Source of the DNA: Basidiobolus meristosporus CBS 931.73
Lineage: Eukaryota; Fungi; Basidiobolomycota
Assembly: GCA_002104905.1 (NCBI GenBank)
Contig: MCFE01000216.1
Coordinates: forward strand, 62,001-126,000
DNA: 64,000 bases
Reading direction: 5' to 3'
How positions within the stretch are numbered: position 1 is the stretch's first letter; the number at the start of each line of letters is the position of its first letter. Below, piece after piece: positions 62,201-64,000 of the stretch. Position numbers and translations under genes: made by a program. The notes beneath the pieces are model-generated. The model was not told where the DNA came from. It was given only the letters and a program-made list of their open reading frames with translations, and made no database searches.

Positions 62201-63531
62201 TGGCATGGTTCTTGAGGAAGTATGCCACATCATAGGAGGGGGCTTGTCTCTTGATGGCAGCAAAGAAATACAGAATGGCAACATGAGCTGGAGGCTTGTT
62301 GAACAGTAGAGAGTCAGAGGATTCAGATTCTTCAGGCACTATGTTGAAGTCAGTTTTCAGCCAGTTAAGGTTCTTCTCCACAAAGGCAACAAATGGGTCA
62401 GCAATGTTTTGGTCTAGGATAACCTCCAGAATCTTCCCTTTTCTCCAGGCCAGGTTGACAATTCTTGAGAGCTGAATATTGCATGCCTTGAGTGCTTTCC
62501 TGATGTTGGAAATGGGAGTCCAGGGAACTTGCTTCAAGTACACCACAGCCCAGGTAGAGGCTGGTGGTAGGTTTGCTGGGGGCTTGTAAGTCCTTCTGTG
62601 TTGCAATGGAGCTGCAGTAATCAAATTGGAGTCCACATTCTCAGTAGAGGGTTTTCTTGATGTGTCTTGCTGAATAGTACTGGAGCTGAATGTGTTGATA
62701 ATTCTTGCTAGAACCTTGCCTGCATAAGTCTGAGGTATGGCTGAGGTGACTGTAGAGGTGGTAGCAGCTGGTGCAGGTGGAGGGGCAGAAACTGAAGCAG
62801 GAACTGAGGTCACCTGGGAGAAGGCAGTAGAAGCAGGTTTTCTGGGAGGAACAGAGTTCACTATCCAGTTGTTCTGTAAAATACTGGAGTAGCTTCTCTG
62901 TGGAACAGGATCTTGCTCTTGAACAGGAACAGAAGCAGGAGGCTGGGGCTGAGCAGTAGTGGTAAGGCAGTGGCACTCCAAGGAAGCTTTTTGCAGGGCA
63001 TCTCTGGCAGTTTTCAGGGCAGTATTGGCTTCATTCTTGAGCTTCTTGCATTGGGCATCCAGTCTCTTGTTTTCAATAGCCAGGGCAGTATTGGCAGCCT
63101 CTAAATCAGCAACTCTCTTCTCATTTGCAAGGAATCTCTGATGAAATGCATCAGTAGAAGTGCTGGCATCTGGGAGAGCAGTGGCAGGAATAGAGTCCAT
63201 TGACAGTGGGCTTCTTGGAGGCAAGGAAAGTGGACTGGCAGACTCAGGCACAAAAGGAGATATCCTGGCAGGAGGAGAAGGAGTATCCAAGGCAGTAACA
63301 GAGGCAATTCTTGTTGGTGAAGCAGCAGCAGGGGAGGCAAGCCTGTTCAGAAACTGGGCAGGAGAGAGTGCTTGAGGAGAGTGAGTCTTCAGCCTACCAA
63401 GCATGTCTTCCATCAGAGTGATACCAATATTCCTGGTGCATTTGCAGAGAAAAGTAAGCTTCCTGAGTCTGCCAGCTCTTCCATTCCTTCTGATAGTTCC
63501 TTTGTTTCCACAGTTGGGGCAAGAAATCTTC
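59265..63531 (-). mobile_element. Non-LTR retrotransposon copy 1 (about 4.27 kb): ORF1 62097-63554; in-frame APE-RT ORF2 59328-62096 with one internal TAA (61185-61187)
   Basis: APE motifs LNCN, CYLPP, GDLN, VDWI, SDH; RT motifs PGVD, YRPISLL, FDITKAFD, VVQGSVLGP, FADD. ORF1 has CxxC..CxC and a coiled coil. Confidence 0.92.
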
Positions 63532-64000
63532 TTAGGGGGGGAGACAGTCACCAACAGGTGAAATCTTTATTTCAGTTGAAACAAAGAAGCCAACACTACT
63601 GTTGTAGCTTTGATACAAGAGTGTGTAGCTGAGGGGAATTTGTAGGTAAGTTAATAAGAAGTGATGATAGTTCTTCAGTGCTCAAGACACTGTTCAGCGG
63701 GAAGGGGGGTAGTAAGAGAGGTAAGAATAACTTGTGAACAACATTAATGAGGGGAATGTGATAAGGATTGATATTCATCATAAAGGGAGTGTGCTGCTGC
63801 AGATACTGCTGCCAAAGGTCTGTCAAGTACTTCAGGTAGGCCAGCTTGGGTTTTTCTGACTGCAGAATATAATGAGCAAACTTCTTGACTTCAGGATCTC
63901 CAAGTATAGTTCTCCAGCAGGAGCCAGGTGTTGTGTGGTGTGTTCTCTTCCAGGCCTTAATCAGTGGGTTGTTGCAGTTGTGAAGTCTGAGGTGTAATCT
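63532..64000 (-). mobile_element. 3' end of non-LTR retrotransposon copy 2, head-to-tail with copy 1 and running off the window
   Basis: About 18 differences in about 460 nt versus 59273-59730; the terminal about 165 nt are identical. Confidence 0.95.

Noticed and set aside
56983-64000. Neurospora-type RIP as the cause of the TE composition
   Set aside because: CpA and TpG are abundant and ORFs are mostly open; the loss is specific to CpG, which fits methylation-deamination better.
1-64000. CRISPR arrays, tRNA, rRNA or snRNA genes
   Set aside because: No repeat-spacer periodicity, cloverleaf or recognisable structural RNA sequence was seen by eye; tRNAscan or Infernal would be needed to exclude small RNAs.

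Overview
Eukaryotic, fungal-type DNA with short (about 45-75 nt) GT-AG introns. The gene set suggests an early-diverging fungus (Zoopagomycota/Mucoromycota-like); that assignment is inference. From 1 to about 56.1 kb the window is gene-rich. It holds a bacterial-type CBM9-like gene, a head-to-head Hsp104/ClpB pair (one full-length, one lacking the N-domain, sharing a 2,060-bp near-identical inverted core), two class-3 lipase paralogs, CSC1/OSCA, PTC5, RSM23/DAP3, a GH46 chitosanase, MCUR1/FMP32, ATP5, SNX3, a divergent GPD, a coiled-coil+CBM20 protein, UFD2, VAP/SCS2, an Ecl1-like gene, a 7TM-RGS, an AAG/MPG-like glycosylase homolog, an alpha-arrestin, UTP13, a multi-pass membrane protein and a MATE transporter. 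From 56.6 kb to the end lies a nested, CpG-depleted transposon block: a decayed Ty1/copia (with a related solo LTR at 9.6 kb), an unidentified insert with hairpin and telomere-like motifs, and head-to-tail APE-RT non-LTR retroelements. The strongest candidates for new biology are two. (1) The non-LTR element has no poly(A) tail, both 3' ends finish in CCCCTAA (complement of a TTAGGG-type repeat), and its ATG-less ORF2 follows ORF1 in frame after a UGA-CUA readthrough-type stop. (2) The Hsp104 long/short pair sits on a potentially invertible, heat-shock-element-bearing spacer. All coordinates and alignments were done by eye; no database searches were run.
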